From positions 83,204,001 through 83,268,000 of the forward strand of contig OX597824.1 of NCBI GenBank assembly GCA_951406725.2: a DNA stretch of 64,000 nt, given 5' to 3'. The translations under genes were made by a program, and so were the position numbers. Below, one piece after another: positions 1-12,421 of this stretch; positions within the stretch are counted from its first letter, which is position 1, and every line of letters starts with the position of its first letter. The notes beneath the pieces are model-generated. The model made no database searches. It saw only the letters and a program-made list of their open reading frames with translations, and was not told where the DNA came from. The DNA comes from Octopus vulgaris (taxonomy: Eukaryota).

Positions 1-300
1 TTAAAGGACCAATGATTAATGATTCAAACTAGACATTAATAATTAATGATTAAACACCAAAGGACCAATGATTTATTAAAATAACACATCAAATGATGGA
101 TTATTAATGATTAAAACACGTTAAATAAAGGTTGGATCGGTACCATGAATGGTTAAAACAACATATTAATCATTAATAATTAAGACAGTACATTAAAGGT
201 TTAATGATTAATGATTGGAATAACACATTAAGTGGAAGATCATTAAGTGGTAGATCATAAATGATTGAAACAATGCATCAATGGATGGATCCCTAATGTC
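1..300. repeat. Degenerate AT-rich tandem repeat (~40-50 bp units)
   Basis: Recurrent motifs ttaaagg/atgattaatgatt/aacacattaa through the first 300 bp; runs off the window start. Confidence 0.55.
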
Positions 301-509
301 AATGCGGAGCGGAAGATAGGGAAGTAAAGAAGGGGAAAAAAGAATGAATGGAAGAACGAAAGGAAGAAAAAGATGATGATGAAAGGCTGAAAGATAGAAA
401 GGTGGAAAGAAAGGATGGGGAAATGAAAACATAAAGGAAAGAGAAAACGAAGGAAAGAAACCAAACAAATTCTCCAGCATTCCTACCATGTGTGAATGCA
501 CACACACAG

Positions 510-892
510 GGAAGCACTCCGTCGGTTACGACGATGAGGGTTCTGGTTGATCCGAATCAACGGAACAGCATGCTCGTGAAATTAACGTGTAAGTGGCTGA
601 GCACTCCACAGACACGTGTACCCTTAACGTAGTTCTCGGGGATATTCAGCATGAAACAGAGAGCGACAAGGCCGGCCCTTTGAAATACAGGTACAACAGA
701 AACAGGAAGTAAGAGTGAGAGAAAGTTGTGGTGAAAGAGTACAGCAGGGATCACCACCATCCCCTGCCGGAGCCTCGTGGAGCTTAGGTGTTTTCGCTCA
801 ATAAACACTCACAACGCCCGGTCTGAGAATCGAAACCGCGATCCTAGGATCGCGAGTCCGCTGCCCTAACCACTGGGCCATTGCGCCTCCAC
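510..892 (-). mobile_element. SINE family A (tRNA-like head, tail type 1), full length
   Basis: Minus strand GTGGAGGCGCAATGGCCCAGTGGTTAGG (A-box-like) ... GGTTTCGATTC (B-box-like); closely matches the copy at 1211-1581. Confidence 0.9.
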
Positions 893-1210
893 TACTCTTA
901 CATTAGAGTAGGTGTAATAGGTTTGCAAATTCCAAGAGTCACTGAAATTGCATCAGCTCAGCAGATTTTAAAATCATGCACTGTCAGTTAGAAAACTAAC
1001 ACACTGAGTCGTAAGATTCTCAGAAGCTGCTACACTTCTGGCATTTTAAAATTCTAGAAGATTTGCATTTTGGTCTTCTGGATGCCAGCCTAAAAAAACT
1101 AAGAAAAAAACAAAGCTGTTGAAACTCCAGGGTTTTTGTTTACAGGAGGATGTAAATAACAACACGAGTAAGGTTAATGAGGAGACATGGATGTGATATT
1201 CTCACTGGCA

Positions 1211-1581
1211 CAGTGGAGGCAGCGGACTCGAGGTCATAGGATCACGGTTTCGATTCCCAGACCGGGCGTTGTGAGTGTTTATTGAGCGAAAACACCTAAA
1301 GCTCCACGAAGCTCCGGCAGGGGATGGTGGTGATCCCTGCTGTACTCTTTCACCACAACTTTCTCTCACTCTTACTTCCTGTTTCTGTTGTACCTGTATT
1401 TCAAGGGGCCGGCCTTGTCACTCTCTGTGTCACGCTGAATATCCCCGAGAACTACGTTAAGGGTGCACGTGTCTGTGGAGTGCTCAGCCACTTACACGTT
1501 AATTTCACGAGCAGGCTGTTCCGTTGATTCGGATCAACCGGAACCCTCATCGTCGTAACCGACGGAGTGCTTCTATTTCCC
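1211..1581 (+). mobile_element. SINE family A (tail type 1) with head deletion
   Basis: 13-bp TSD attctcactggca at 1198-1210 and 1582-1594; about 20 bp covering the A box is missing relative to 510-892. Confidence 0.9.
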
Positions 1582-1637
1582 ATTCTCACTGGCAGACATG
1601 CATATACACCAAAACTGCTTCTCAGTTTCCATATACC

Positions 1638-1869
1638 TATTTCTTTATTACCCACAAGGGGCTAAACACAGAGGGGACAAACAAGGACAGACATAGGTAT
1701 TAAGTCGATTACATCGACCCCAATGAGTAACTGGTACTTAATTTATCGACCCCGAAAGGATGAAGGGCAAAGTCGACCTCGGCGAAATTTGAACTCACAA
1801 CGTAACGCAGATGAAATACCGCTAAGCATTTCGCCCGGCGTGCTAACGTTTCTGCCAGCTCGCCGCCTT
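1638..1869 (-). mobile_element. SINE family C inserted in an old family-B remnant
   Basis: Minus strand AAGGCGGCGAGCTGGCAGAAACG...GAGTTCAAAT...TTCATCCTTTCGGGGTCGATAAA...AAAGAAATAG; gtttccatatacc duplicated on both sides. Confidence 0.9.
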
Positions 1870-2053
1870 ATACCGTTTCCATATACCAATTCCACTTACA
1901 AAGAGACATTAGTTAGCCTGGAGTCATAACAGGAGATACTTGCTTAAAGTACCGTGTGTGTGTGTACGCGTGCGTGTGTGCATGTGTGTGTTTTCAAGGC
2001 CAGTACCCCAGTATAGCTACAACCCAATGACTGAAACATGTAAGATATAAGAG

Positions 2054-2102
<49 letters not shown>

Positions 2103-2974
2103 CATTTCTAAGGACATTGAGGATAGTGTCCTTTCACACATATAAAAGAACATAATCTTAGCTGTCCCTACAAATGAGAGAATAGTATTGATCATAGCTA
2201 TGCTCAGACAGTATTGACTGGTAGTACGGTGGTGGTGGTGGTTACTGAACAACAAGACAAAATACTCCCATCTGTATTACATAAAAGGCAAAAAAAAAAA
2301 AAAAAATTCAACTAAATACACATTGGGAGACATTTCGAAGGATTATTTAAAAGACGTATCTGCTGAAAGTCTGTTAAATAGAGAAATTTGATGGTAAATT
2401 GAAAAAGACATAAAGTAGCTGTTTAAAGGCTGGAGAAATTGCTGTGAATTTTCAACTGTGTTGTTGGCAGTTAAGGATTCGTATTGGTAGCTATTACGTT
2501 TCCATTAGAGAACTAGCAATACTAGCTGAGCTAATTCACTGTTCCACAGTAGAATACTGGCGCTATTTGATACTTGAAACTACTTCAATATAAAATCTAA
2601 ACCATTAAAATGACATATTTGTATTCTGAGCTGGTACATTTTGGTTGAAAACGGAAAGAACAAAAAAACACAGGAGGAATTAGAAATCTAAAAACTTGCT
2701 ATAAAAGAAATTAACAAAAATATTTTCTTCTTAGAAAGAGAAAATAATATAATGCAACAACAGAGGGAACTTCTACTTAAGTCAAACCATCTGCCAGAAG
2801 TAGCAGCCAAATTACCCACAGATTATGTCTTGTCACCTTGAAGAAAAGAGGGACAGATTAGATTGGATAATATAGTCGAAGATAAACTACGCCTGACAAA
2901 CAGACAGGATCGCCATGGCTAGAACATGCTAAATGCTTCCTTCATGCAGTCTTGCATGGAGCTAAACAACAACT

Positions 2975-3151
2975 ATCGTATATGGCTATGTGGTAAGAAG
3001 CTTGCTTCCAAACCACATAGTTTCAGGTTCAGTCCCACTGTGTGGCACCTTGGGCAGGTGTCTTCTGCTATAGCCTCGGGCCAACCAAAGCCTTGTGAGT
3101 GGGTTTGGTAGATGGAAACTGAAAGAAGATCATCATATACATACATGTTTG

Positions 3152-3182
<31 letters not shown>

Positions 3183-3665
3183 CTTGTGTCCGTGTTTGTC
3201 TCCACCACTGCCTGACAACCGGTGTTGGTGTGTTTACATTTCCATGACTTAATGGTTTGGCAAAAGAGTCTGATAACATCAGTTTTTTTTATTTTATGCG
3301 CCCTTTTAAAGCCTAGCCAGGCTCATGGGCCCAGTGTCCAGGTTTCAATGGCGTATGTGTTCCCCAGCTGGTCGAGACGCCAGTCCATCGCAGCATTACT
3401 CATTTCTGCCAGCTGAGTGGACAGGAGCAACGTGAAATGGAGTGCTTTGCTCAAGAACACAACGCGTCGCCCGGTCCAGGAATCGAAACCACAATCTTAC
3501 GATCATGATGCTGACACCCTAACCACTAAGCCACGCACCTCCACAGATAACATCAGTAACTGGCTTAAAAAAAAAAAAATAAGTACTGGGGGTCAATTCA
3601 TTCAACTAAAAATTCAAGGCAGTGCCCCAGCATGGCCTTAGTCTAATGACAGAAACAACTAAAAG
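2975..3665 (+). mobile_element. SINE family B (older copy) interrupted by SINE E
   Basis: Head TGGCTATGTGGTAAG/GGTTCAGTCCC, internal (TG)n, tail CCAGCATGGCC...GAAACAA; split at 3284-3545. Confidence 0.85.
3284..3545 (-). mobile_element. SINE family E (tRNA head + CORE-like domain, A-rich tail)
   Basis: Minus strand GTGGAGGTGCGTGGCTTAGTGGTTAGG...GTGTTCTTGAGCAAAGCAC...TCCACTCAGCTG; 12-bp TSD gataacatcagt at 3272-3283 and 3546-3557. Confidence 0.9.
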
Positions 3666-3811
3666 CTGTGTGTGTGTGTGTGCACATGTCTTTGAAGTTG
3701 TATTCTAAACATCGACTTAATTAATTAATGATAAAGTTATTTTATAAAATCCCTCCAACTTAATTGTGTAATACTTAAATACATAGGGAATGTTTATCAT
3801 TTGAAATTTAG

Positions 3812-4770
3812 CCAGACACAGAGTATATATTTCTTTACTGCCACAAGGGGCTAAACATAGAGGGGACAAACAAGGACAGACGAAGGGACTGAGTCGATTA
3901 TATCGACCCCAGTGCGAAACTGGTACTTTAATTATCGACCCCGAAAGGATGAAAGGCAAAGTTGACCTCGGCGGAATTTGAACTCAGAACATAACAACAG
4001 ACAGACGAAATACCGCTAAGCATTTCACCCGGCGTGCTAATGTATCTGCCAGCTCGCCGCCTTCCAGACACAGAGTATATATTTCTTTACTGCCCACAAG
4101 GGGCTAAACATAGAGGGGACAAACAAGGACAGACGAAGGGACTGAGTCGATTACATCGACCCCAGTGCGAAACTGGTACTTTATTTATCGACCCCGAAAG
4201 GATGAAAGGCAAAGTTGACCTCGGCGGAATTTGAACTCAGAACGTAACGACAGACGAAATACCTATTTCTTTATTACCCACAAGGGGCTAAACACAGAGG
4301 GGACAAACAAGGACAGACGAAGGGACTGAGTCGATTACATCGACCCCAGTGCGAAACTGGTACTTTATTTATCGACCCCCGAAAGGATGAAAGGCAAAGT
4401 TGACCTCGGCAGAATTTGAACTCAGAACGTAACGACAGACGAAATACCACTAAGCATTTCGCCAGCCCGGCGTGCTAATGTGTCTGCCAGCTCGCCACCT
4501 TCCAGACACAGAGTATATATTTCTTTACTCCCCACAAGGGGCTAAACATAGAGGGGACAAACAAGGACAGACGAAGGGACTGAGTCGATTATATCGACCC
4601 CAGTGCGAAACTGGTACTTTATTTATCGACCCCGAAAGGATGAAAGGCAAAGTTGACCTCAACGGAATTTGAACTCAGAACGTAACGACAGACGAAATAC
4701 CGCTAAGCATTTCGCCCCTGCGTGCTAATGTGTCTGCCAGCTCGCCGCCTTCCAGACACAGAGTATATAT
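3812..4770 (-). mobile_element. Tandem array of four SINE-C units separated by a 19-bp repeated target sequence
   Basis: ccagacacagagtatatat at 3812, 4064, 4502 and 4752; headless junction at ~4263. Confidence 0.92.
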
Positions 4771-5051
4771 AAATTAAATACACCAATATTCAGTCTATGG
4801 AGTGGAATCAAATTACAATAACAGCTAGTAACAACAAAAGCTGGTTTAAGACTGGTCTCACCTCCCCTGCTTGTCTGGCCCAGCACTACACACCGCAATT
4901 AAAATATAAATCTTCTCTCTCCTCCACACTCCCCTTTGCTGAACTCCAATGCTAACAGCTAACACGTTCACGTCTTTAGATCTTGCCCTCTTATGTCAGA
5001 CCTCACTTAACTTACTTCTTCTGTATTTCCCTTCATCTACACCTGTTGTAG

Positions 5052-5366
5052 TTGCCATCGGCCAGCCGGCAATAAAACATCGACTGGTCCAGGTGTGCAC
5101 ACGTGTGTGTGTGTGTGTGTGTATGTGTGTAAGAGGACATGCACACGTGTGTAGCAGTGTGTGTTGAGTATTTATTTATATGTGTATATAAGCACACACA
5201 CACACACCTACACACACACATGCACATACACACATTGCCATCAGGTCGGCAATAAAACATCGACTGGTCCAGGTGTGCATGCGTGTGTGTGTGTGTGTGT
5301 ATGTGTAAGAGGACATGCACACGTGTGTAGCAGTGTGTGTTGAGTATTTATTTATATGTGTATATA

Positions 5367-5426
<60 letters not shown>

Positions 5427-5450
5427 TACACACACACACACATACACACA
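5052..5450. repeat. Direct tandem duplication of ~180 bp ending in (CA)n
   Basis: ttgccatc...ggcaataaaacatcgactggtccaggtgtgca...gtatataagcacac occurs at ~5052 and ~5236. Confidence 0.9.
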
Positions 5451-5793
5451 AGTTGAAATGAACTGAAATTAGAACTGTTCCCTCCTCCACCCATCAACCC
5501 CTGACATCAGAGGAAAGAGTTATTGAAACTTAAAGAAATAAAAAGACAAAAGAGAGAGAGAGAGAGGAGGGATGGCACAGGATGTTAATGTTGTTTAGCC
5601 CCAGGTCAGTACTGATCCAGCAGACCTACGATAAAAACCTTTCCAGCTACAACCATCCAGTCTTTGTGGTTTCTTGTTTTCACTGCTTCCATGGTTTCCC
5701 ATGATTCTCTGTTGCTATCCAATTCCATTATTATGAAGTTGAATTAGCATCTTGAGTCATAACAAATCTTTCATCAGCTGATTACACAACCAT

Positions 5794-6278
5794 CATCATC
5801 ATCATTGTTCGACCGTGGTCGAGACAATGGAATTTAGTATGTTATGCCAGACTTCACAGTCCATCATAGCATTATGTAGGTCCTGTTGCTGGATGCCTGT
5901 ATCCCTGGAGATTACATCAGGGTAGGAGAGTGTGTGCCCTCTGATATGGCGAGCAGATGGCTTCCAGAGGAGAAGAGTAGAAATTACCTCATTTTCAGCT
6001 CTACAACAATGTCCAGCAAACTGGACTCTTCTACCTTTCACAAGAGATGATACAGGTGGTAGTTTCCCATATATTTGTACTTTGGTTGGATGACGGTTCC
6101 ACGAGAGATTTTGAGCTCTCATATGGAGGCGAGTGTAAGTTCTATCCAACCGCCTCTCAAGCTTCTTTGATAACGTCCAGGTTTCTGAGCCATATAGTAG
6201 AATTGGTTCGACTGTGGCTTTGAAGATTTTAAGTTTGAAATCTCTACTTAGATTTGATGACCAGATCTTATACATATC
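5794..6278 (-). mobile_element. 5'-truncated RTE-clade LINE (ORF C-terminus and (ATG)n tail)
   Basis: ORF 5802-6332 contains KLKIFKATVEPILLYGSETWTL...RRVQFAGHC...DTG, typical of the RTE post-RT region; 13-bp TSD attacacaaccat at 5781-5793 and 6279-6291. Confidence 0.93.
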
Positions 6279-7204
6279 ATTACACAACCATAGACGACAC
6301 CTCAATGGATGTGTTACAGTTAATCGTCTCATAGAGATTGGTGACCTTGACCATTGAGTTATTTTCTAGGATTCCTCCACTCAGTATCAATGTAAGAATC
6401 ACTGTTGGCTCAGCTGAGCACTTCTGCTACCTCTTCACAACCCACCATGCTGCAGTCCCAAGACTTTGCCATATTCCTGGCAGAGTGACTGAATGGGTGC
6501 TATGCCCTGCCAAAAGGGCAGCCCATAATTATGCAGGGCATGATCATAACTCCGTGAGATATTTTCAAAATACCCGCATACCTGCAGTCTTTGTGTACCT
6601 TAAACAATTACTTTACCCAAACCGACACGATGCAATTTGAGGAAGATTTGACTGTTATTTCTAGCAGGTCAAGCAAACATGTTGTGCTCTAACTTTTCCT
6701 CAATGGCACAGTCAGGGTTCTTAGTATTATTACCTCCCGGGCAAACATTATAGAAATAAACCACACAAGGGAGCCTCTATGTGGTTGCTCAACCTACTAG
6801 AAATAGCAACTAAATCTCCTTTGAACTATTAGCAATCCATCTAAAACAAAGTGGATATATTAGATAATGTAGTCTTAGTTATACAATGTCTGAAAAATAA
6901 AATGTGAAGGTCATGGCTGGAAATTTTTAAAAAGTGAGAAAACTAATGGTGGTCTGTATCAGCAGGAAGTTGTCAAACTGGTGGGGGGGGGGTGCAGAGC
7001 AAAGAACATTTTGGCATTTTGGGACTGGTCCTTCATCTGTGAAAGATGGATGAGAAATAAGTGGAGAGGGTTTAGTTTCACTCTTTCAAACATGAAACTT
7101 CAATCCCCAAAAGGTCAGAATCCTTCTTTCACAGCAGCAGCTATTTGGCATTTTAAATTTTAAAGAGAACCATCTTTTATGGAGACTCCTAGAGGAGTAG
7201 ATGA

Positions 7205-7734
7205 GACATTTTGGCGCAGCCATTTTGGCACCACTGATTTTGCATTGGCTTATTTGACATCAAATATTTTACTGTCTCCCTCATTCTCTCTCTCTCTCTC
7301 TCTCTCTGTGTTTAACAAATTGTAATCTCTCTCATTCTCTCTCTTTATTTCTCTCCCTTCTCTCTCTATAATCATATTTCTTATTTCTTTATTGCCCACA
7401 AGGGGCTAAACATAGAGGGGACAAACAAGGACAGACAAGGAGATTAAGTCAAATACATCGACCCCAGTGCATAACTGGTACTTAATTTATGGACCCAGAA
7501 AGAATGAAAGGCAAAGTCGACCTCGGTGGAATTTGAACTCAGAACATAACGGCAGATGAAATACTGCTAAGCATTTCGCCCAGCGTGCTAATGTTTCTGC
7601 CAGCTCACCGCCTTCAAAATAATCTTTATAATCATATTTCTGCATGCCTGCACACGCATGTGCACGTTTGCCTCTAGCACCAAAATGCAGTTGCCGAAAC
7701 AAACTGAATGTCCAACCAGTTGCACCAAATTGTC
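7205..7734. mobile_element. Non-autonomous TIR element hosting a SINE C (7382-7614, minus)
   Basis: Termini gacattttggcgc / gcaccaaattgtc; homologous to 25985-26569; SINE TSD tataatcatatttct. Confidence 0.7.
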
Positions 7735-7740
7735 AGTGAG

Positions 7741-7919
7741 GCAATATTTATCCCCACTTAAACATGAATGTTCTGTTAGAACAACCTATGCAGCAGTAGA
7801 GACCAAGAGAGAAACTCTCATATTTTACCAAAAGCCAATATGAGAGTTCTCTCATGGGATCTACTGCAGTATAATTTGTTCTAACAGAACAGCCGTGTTG
7901 AAGTGGGGATAAATATTGC
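7741..7919. repeat. Long imperfect palindrome (foldback/MITE-like)
   Basis: Arms gcaatatttatccccactt...actctcatatt and aatatgagagt...aagtggggataaatattgc around a ~12-nt loop. Confidence 0.9.
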
Positions 7920-7954
7920 TTCTTGCTATTAATACTGTCTTTGTCCCTAATTCT

Positions 7955-8340
7955 TTTATTTGTTTCAGTTATTTGACTGCAGCCATGCTAGAGCACCACC
8001 ATTAGTTGAGCAAATTGACCCCAGGACTTATTCTTTGTAAGCCTAGTATTTATTCTATCAGTCTCTTTTGCTGAACCACTAAGTTACAGGGACATAAACA
8101 CACCAGCATCGGTTGTTAAGCAATGTTGGGGGACAAACACAGACACACATATATACATATATATATACACACACACAACAGGCTTCTTTCAGTTTCCGTC
8201 TACCAAATCCACTCACAAGGCTTTGGTCGGCCCAAGGCTATAGTAGAAGACACTTGCCCAAGGTGCCATGCAGCAGGACTGAACCCGGAACCATGTGATT
8301 GGCAAGCAAGCTACTTACCACACAGCCTCTCCTGCACCTA
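7955..8340 (-). mobile_element. SINE family B, full length
   Basis: Matches the other B copies from head to tail. Confidence 0.9.
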
Positions 8341-9129
8341 ATATATATATTTTTTAACAAATTTTCAGCATCTAAACACCTATGCCCAATTGTCTTATAC
8401 TATTCTAGACTGGTGGCAGAAAAAAAGAAAGCTATCTCCAAACTGGAGACTTGGCCTGAATACTAGCAACAAAGTGGAATCTGCCAAAAGCTGCCAAGAG
8501 ACAGGTGGTGGTGTGAAACTGGGCAACAGATTAAGTCTACAACCACCCAGCCTTCTTCATAGTTTTCATCAACCCAGTTTCATTCACATAATTTGACTGG
8601 CATGAGACTACAAGAAGAGGAGGGCACAAGCTTCAAAGTGCTGTTACAGTAGCATCAGACTTGAATCGAAGAGATTGCCAAGCAAACTTCTCAATCATAC
8701 AGTCGCGCTTGCGCTCAAACAATACAGAAAGAATTATTGTTTCTTAGAAAGAGACCGAATGCTAAATACCACGGTCAATAGTTTCGTCTCCGAGCTGTGT
8801 ATAATTACATGATATATTAGACATCGTATGTAGCTAAGTAGATAAGGAAGTGGGAGGGTATAAACAGGTTAATATTCTGCGGTTGCAGAGTAAATTAGCT
8901 GCAAATAGCTTCGTTTAAATTATATAGTTTAGATAATTAATTATAGAAGAACAGATACCAATGAAAGGAGATATAAAAAAAAAAGCAGTAACTTGATTTC
9001 TTTACTAAAGACTTTTTATATAAATTATCATATCGACATCATAATGGAAACTGTATCTTTCCAATTTTGCTAAAAATTACACATGAAACAATCAAGACTT
9101 CTAAGTAAAGAATCATAATTAATGATTTA

Positions 9130-9330
9130 CTAGTTGTTTAGCCCCAGGTTAACCCTGATTAAGCAGGCCTATGATCAAAAGCATTTCCAGTGAAAACCAA
9201 CTCGGTTTTTTTTTTCCCTTTCTGTTCCCAATGTACAGAATCACATTATCCAAGTCCTTTCTAAGACGACACAGTGTGGTTTGAGGGAGATTTGGCAGCT
9301 AATTTTCACAGATCAAATGACAATGCAGAA
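9130..9330. mobile_element. Old degenerate interspersed repeat family F (representative copy)
   Basis: Motifs gttgtttagccccagg...cctatgatcaaa...ttgagggagatttggc recur at ~2770, 5590, 6620, 6790, 13720, 14030, 15315, 26715, 47270, 47450, 50620 and 63680 in both orientations. Confidence 0.7.
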
Positions 9331-9939
9331 CCTCATTAGTTCACTCAACTGAGTACCACAAAGAAAGCTTAATTCACAGCCCACCATAATGAGGATTTCT
9401 TGTATTAAGAATAATGGTTTCTCATTGAGGCATAAGGCTAGTAATTTTGAGGGGTGGTTAGGGTGTAACACTCATGATCATAATATCTGGGTTTCAGTTC
9501 CTGAATAGGGAGTGCATTGTGCTCTTGAGCAAAGCATTTCATTTCAAGTTGCACCATTTCATTCAACTTTCAAGAAGTTCCAGCAATAGGTGGGAAGTTA
9601 ACCCCTTGAAGGGTCATCATGCCATTTAGGAAGTACCGAAATCTCAGCCACTAATACATAAGGGAAATTGGGTTAGGCTCTGGCATTATGAGCCCTAAGA
9701 CATGTGGTAGACCTTTGTCAAAATATGTAAGTACTTGACTGATATCTTATTTTGGGGGAGCCCAAGAAAAATGTAAGACAAATTTGATCTTGGCAGGGTT
9801 TAAATTCCAAAAGTAAAGGGCATGTAATTGTCTGCAAGACATTCTGTATGCCAAATGATCTAGCTAATTCAGTAATTCTGTCACAGATCCATAAAAATAC
9901 CTGATAAAATTATCTATAAACTTGCAAATTGAAGCTTGA

Positions 9940-10070
9940 TTCCTAACCACATGGTTCCAGGTTCAGTCCCACTGCATGGCACCTTGGGCAAGTGTTTTTT
10001 ACTATAGCCTCAGGCAGACCAAAGCCTTGTGAATGGATTTGATAGACAAAAACTGAAAGAAGACCATCGT

Positions 10071-10114
<44 letters not shown>

Positions 10115-10320
10115 CTGTTTGTGTTTGTCCCCCACCATCGCCTGACAACCAATGTTGGTGCATTTACAGTCCCGGTAACTTAGCGGTTCAGCAAAAAGAG
10201 ACCAATAGAAAAAGTATCAGGCTTAAAAATAAGCCCTGGGGTCGATTTCTTTGACTAGAACCCTCCAAGGCAGTGCCCCAGAATGGCCACAGTCAAATGA
10301 CAAGACAAATAAAATAAAAG
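9940..10320 (+). mobile_element. SINE family B
   Basis: B body and tail; head partly lost. Confidence 0.85.
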
Positions 10321-10539
10321 CTAAACGATATACATAAGTAAATAAAATTACCAAGGTAAAGGTTAAGAAAAAGGTTGGGTGGGAGGCATGTAAGGAAGGT
10401 GGGGTGGGGTAATATAATAGGTAAGAGCTGCTTTGTCAGATGAACAAAGGAAACCATGAATGATAACCCCCCACCACCACCTCCAACATCACCATCACCC
10501 CTTGACAACCAGTCAGTCAGTGGGAAATCCTTAGTAAGA

Positions 10540-10632
10540 CAGCAACAGCAGCACCAGTAGTGGTGGTGGTAGTGGTGGAGTTGGCGGTAGCAGCAGCAGC
10601 AGTAGTAGTAGTAGTGGTAGTAGTAAGAGTAA

Positions 10633-10667
<35 letters not shown>

Positions 10668-10874
10668 AAAGTAGTAGTAGTAGTGGTGGTGGTGGTGGTG
10701 GTGGTGGTGGTGGAGGTGGTAGTAGTAGTAGTAGTAAGAGTAGTAGTAGTAGTGGTGGTGGTAGTGGTGGTGGTGGAGGTAGTAGTAGTAGTAGTAGTAG
10801 TGGTGGAAGTGGTGGTGGAGGTGGTAGTAGTAGTAGTAGTGGTGGTGGTGGTGGGTAGTGGTAGTAGTAGTAAG

Positions 10875-10925
<51 letters not shown>

Positions 10926-10962
10926 GGTGGTGGTGGTGGTGGAGGTAGTAGTAGTAGTGGTA
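10540..10962. repeat. Compound (GTA)n/(GTG)n trinucleotide microsatellite
   Basis: Direct reading; source of the poly-V/T/H/Y ORFs. Confidence 0.97.
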
Positions 10963-11662
10963 ATAGAGAATACCAATGATGGGGTGGGGGGTAGCATTAC
11001 TGGTTAATAAGGCAACAATAACAACAATAAGGAAACAGCTCTGAGACAAAGAGGGAAATGGACAGACACTTAATGCTTTTGACAGCAACCAGAGAGAGAG
11101 TTGGAAGGATAACAAGGAGAGAGAGGGGGGAGGGGGGGGAGGGAGGGAAGAAAAGAAGAAATAAGAAAGACACAAAAGAAAGAAAAAAGGCAGGAAGGGA
11201 GATAAGCAAAGACAAGAAAGGGGGGGGACGTACAAAGAAATAAAAACAACTTTTCAAAGGAAAAGTAAAACAAAGAAGAAAAAACATAAGGAAGGTGATG
11301 GTGGTGGTTGGGGGGGGGGGGGCATTGCCTAAAGGTTGAAGAAAATAACACAGATTGACATGGATGTTCTTAGCTCACACCAGCCCCCAGCTTTTTTTGT
11401 TGACAAAAAAGCTTAGCTTAATAAGTAAAGCATGTGTAAATGGCAAGAAGTCAGAGTAGATTAGGTTCTGGGGATCCTAAGGCATGTAGGAGTACAGAGA
11501 CACTACAAGACAGAGAGAGCTGACAGCCAAGAGAGAAACTTCTAAGTGGTTTCAGTCACAGGTCTTTGGTCTTGCTGGGATACCACCTTTTTCAATGACA
11601 CAGCCAATTGTAGCAAGCCCAGGACTTACAAAACTGGTGCTTGCTTATTTTCATTGATCTAA

Positions 11663-11830
11663 GCAGGGGCTCGCTTCAGACCCATAGAGGCCCTAAAGCA
11701 CTCCGAAGATTTTGGTGTTCCCATATAAAAATGTAATTCAAAATATAAGCAATAATAAACCATAAAATAAATTTATATTTTGCAAAAACGAAACAAAATT
11801 TAACAGTAAGACGTAAAATAATGTTTATTT
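11663..11830 (+). mobile_element. Possible hAT-like transposon end fragment
   Basis: CAGGG start and gaggccctaaagcac subterminal motif followed by AT-rich sequence; interrupts a SINE-B remnant; second TIR not seen. Confidence 0.35.
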
Positions 11831-12098
11831 CAGTCTCTTTTGCTGAACTGCTATGTTACAGGGATGTAAACACACCAACACCAGTTATCAAGTGAGGCAC
11901 AAACACAAACACATAAATATATACATATATATACAGCAGGCTTCTTTCAGCTTCCGCCTACCAAATCCACTCACAAGGCTTTGGTTGGCCTGAGGTTATA
12001 GTAGAAGACATTTGCCTAAAGGTACCACGCAATGGGACTGAAACTGGAACCATGTGGTTGGGAAGCAAGCTTCTTACCTCACATCCACACCTTCACCT
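11830..12098 (-). mobile_element. SINE family B (partial)
   Basis: B body and head. Confidence 0.8.
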
Positions 12099-12118
12099 AT
12101 ATATATATATATATATAT

Positions 12119-12421
12119 CACCGTGACAGACCAGGCTATCAGATGTTGCTACACACCGCTCATCACAATGCGCTTGGCATTGTTTTAGCCTTTGAATGAC
12201 GCCACCCTGCTGGCTAATCGAGCAGGCCAACAGAAGAAAGAGTGAGAGAAAGTTGTGCCGAAAGAGTACAACAGGGATCGCCACCACCCCCTGCCAGAGC
12301 CTCGCAGAGTTTTTAGGTGTTTTCACTCAATAGACACTCACAACACCCGGTCTGGGAATCGAAACGTCAATCCTACGACTGCGAGTCCGCTGCCCTAACC
12401 ACTGGGCCATTGTGCCTCCAC
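12119..12421 (-). mobile_element. SINE family A head with tail type 2
   Basis: Head and body match 510-892 up to CTTTCTCTCACTCTT, then an unrelated ~115-bp tail ending GTCACGGTGA in (TA)n. Confidence 0.85.

Noticed and set aside
815-892. tRNA gene-like sequence
   Set aside because: It is the tRNA-derived head of a multi-copy SINE that continues into body and tail; no convincing acceptor stem or terminator.
3812-4770. CRISPR-like 19-bp repeats at regular spacing
   Set aside because: The intervening sequences are copies of the same SINE, not unique spacers; eukaryotic context, no cas genes.
8113-8341. Recurrent small ORFs such as ...[24 protein letters not shown]...
   Set aside because: Antisense translations of SINE B repeated at every copy; not a gene family.
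8745-8800. Hairpin gaccg...cggtc next to a GAAAC motif on the minus strand
   Set aside because: Lacks the remaining ribozyme core; short stems are expected by chance.
10293-11351. 234-aa poly-T/H/Y/L/P ORFs
   Set aside because: Trinucleotide repeats; open in multiple frames only because they lack stops.
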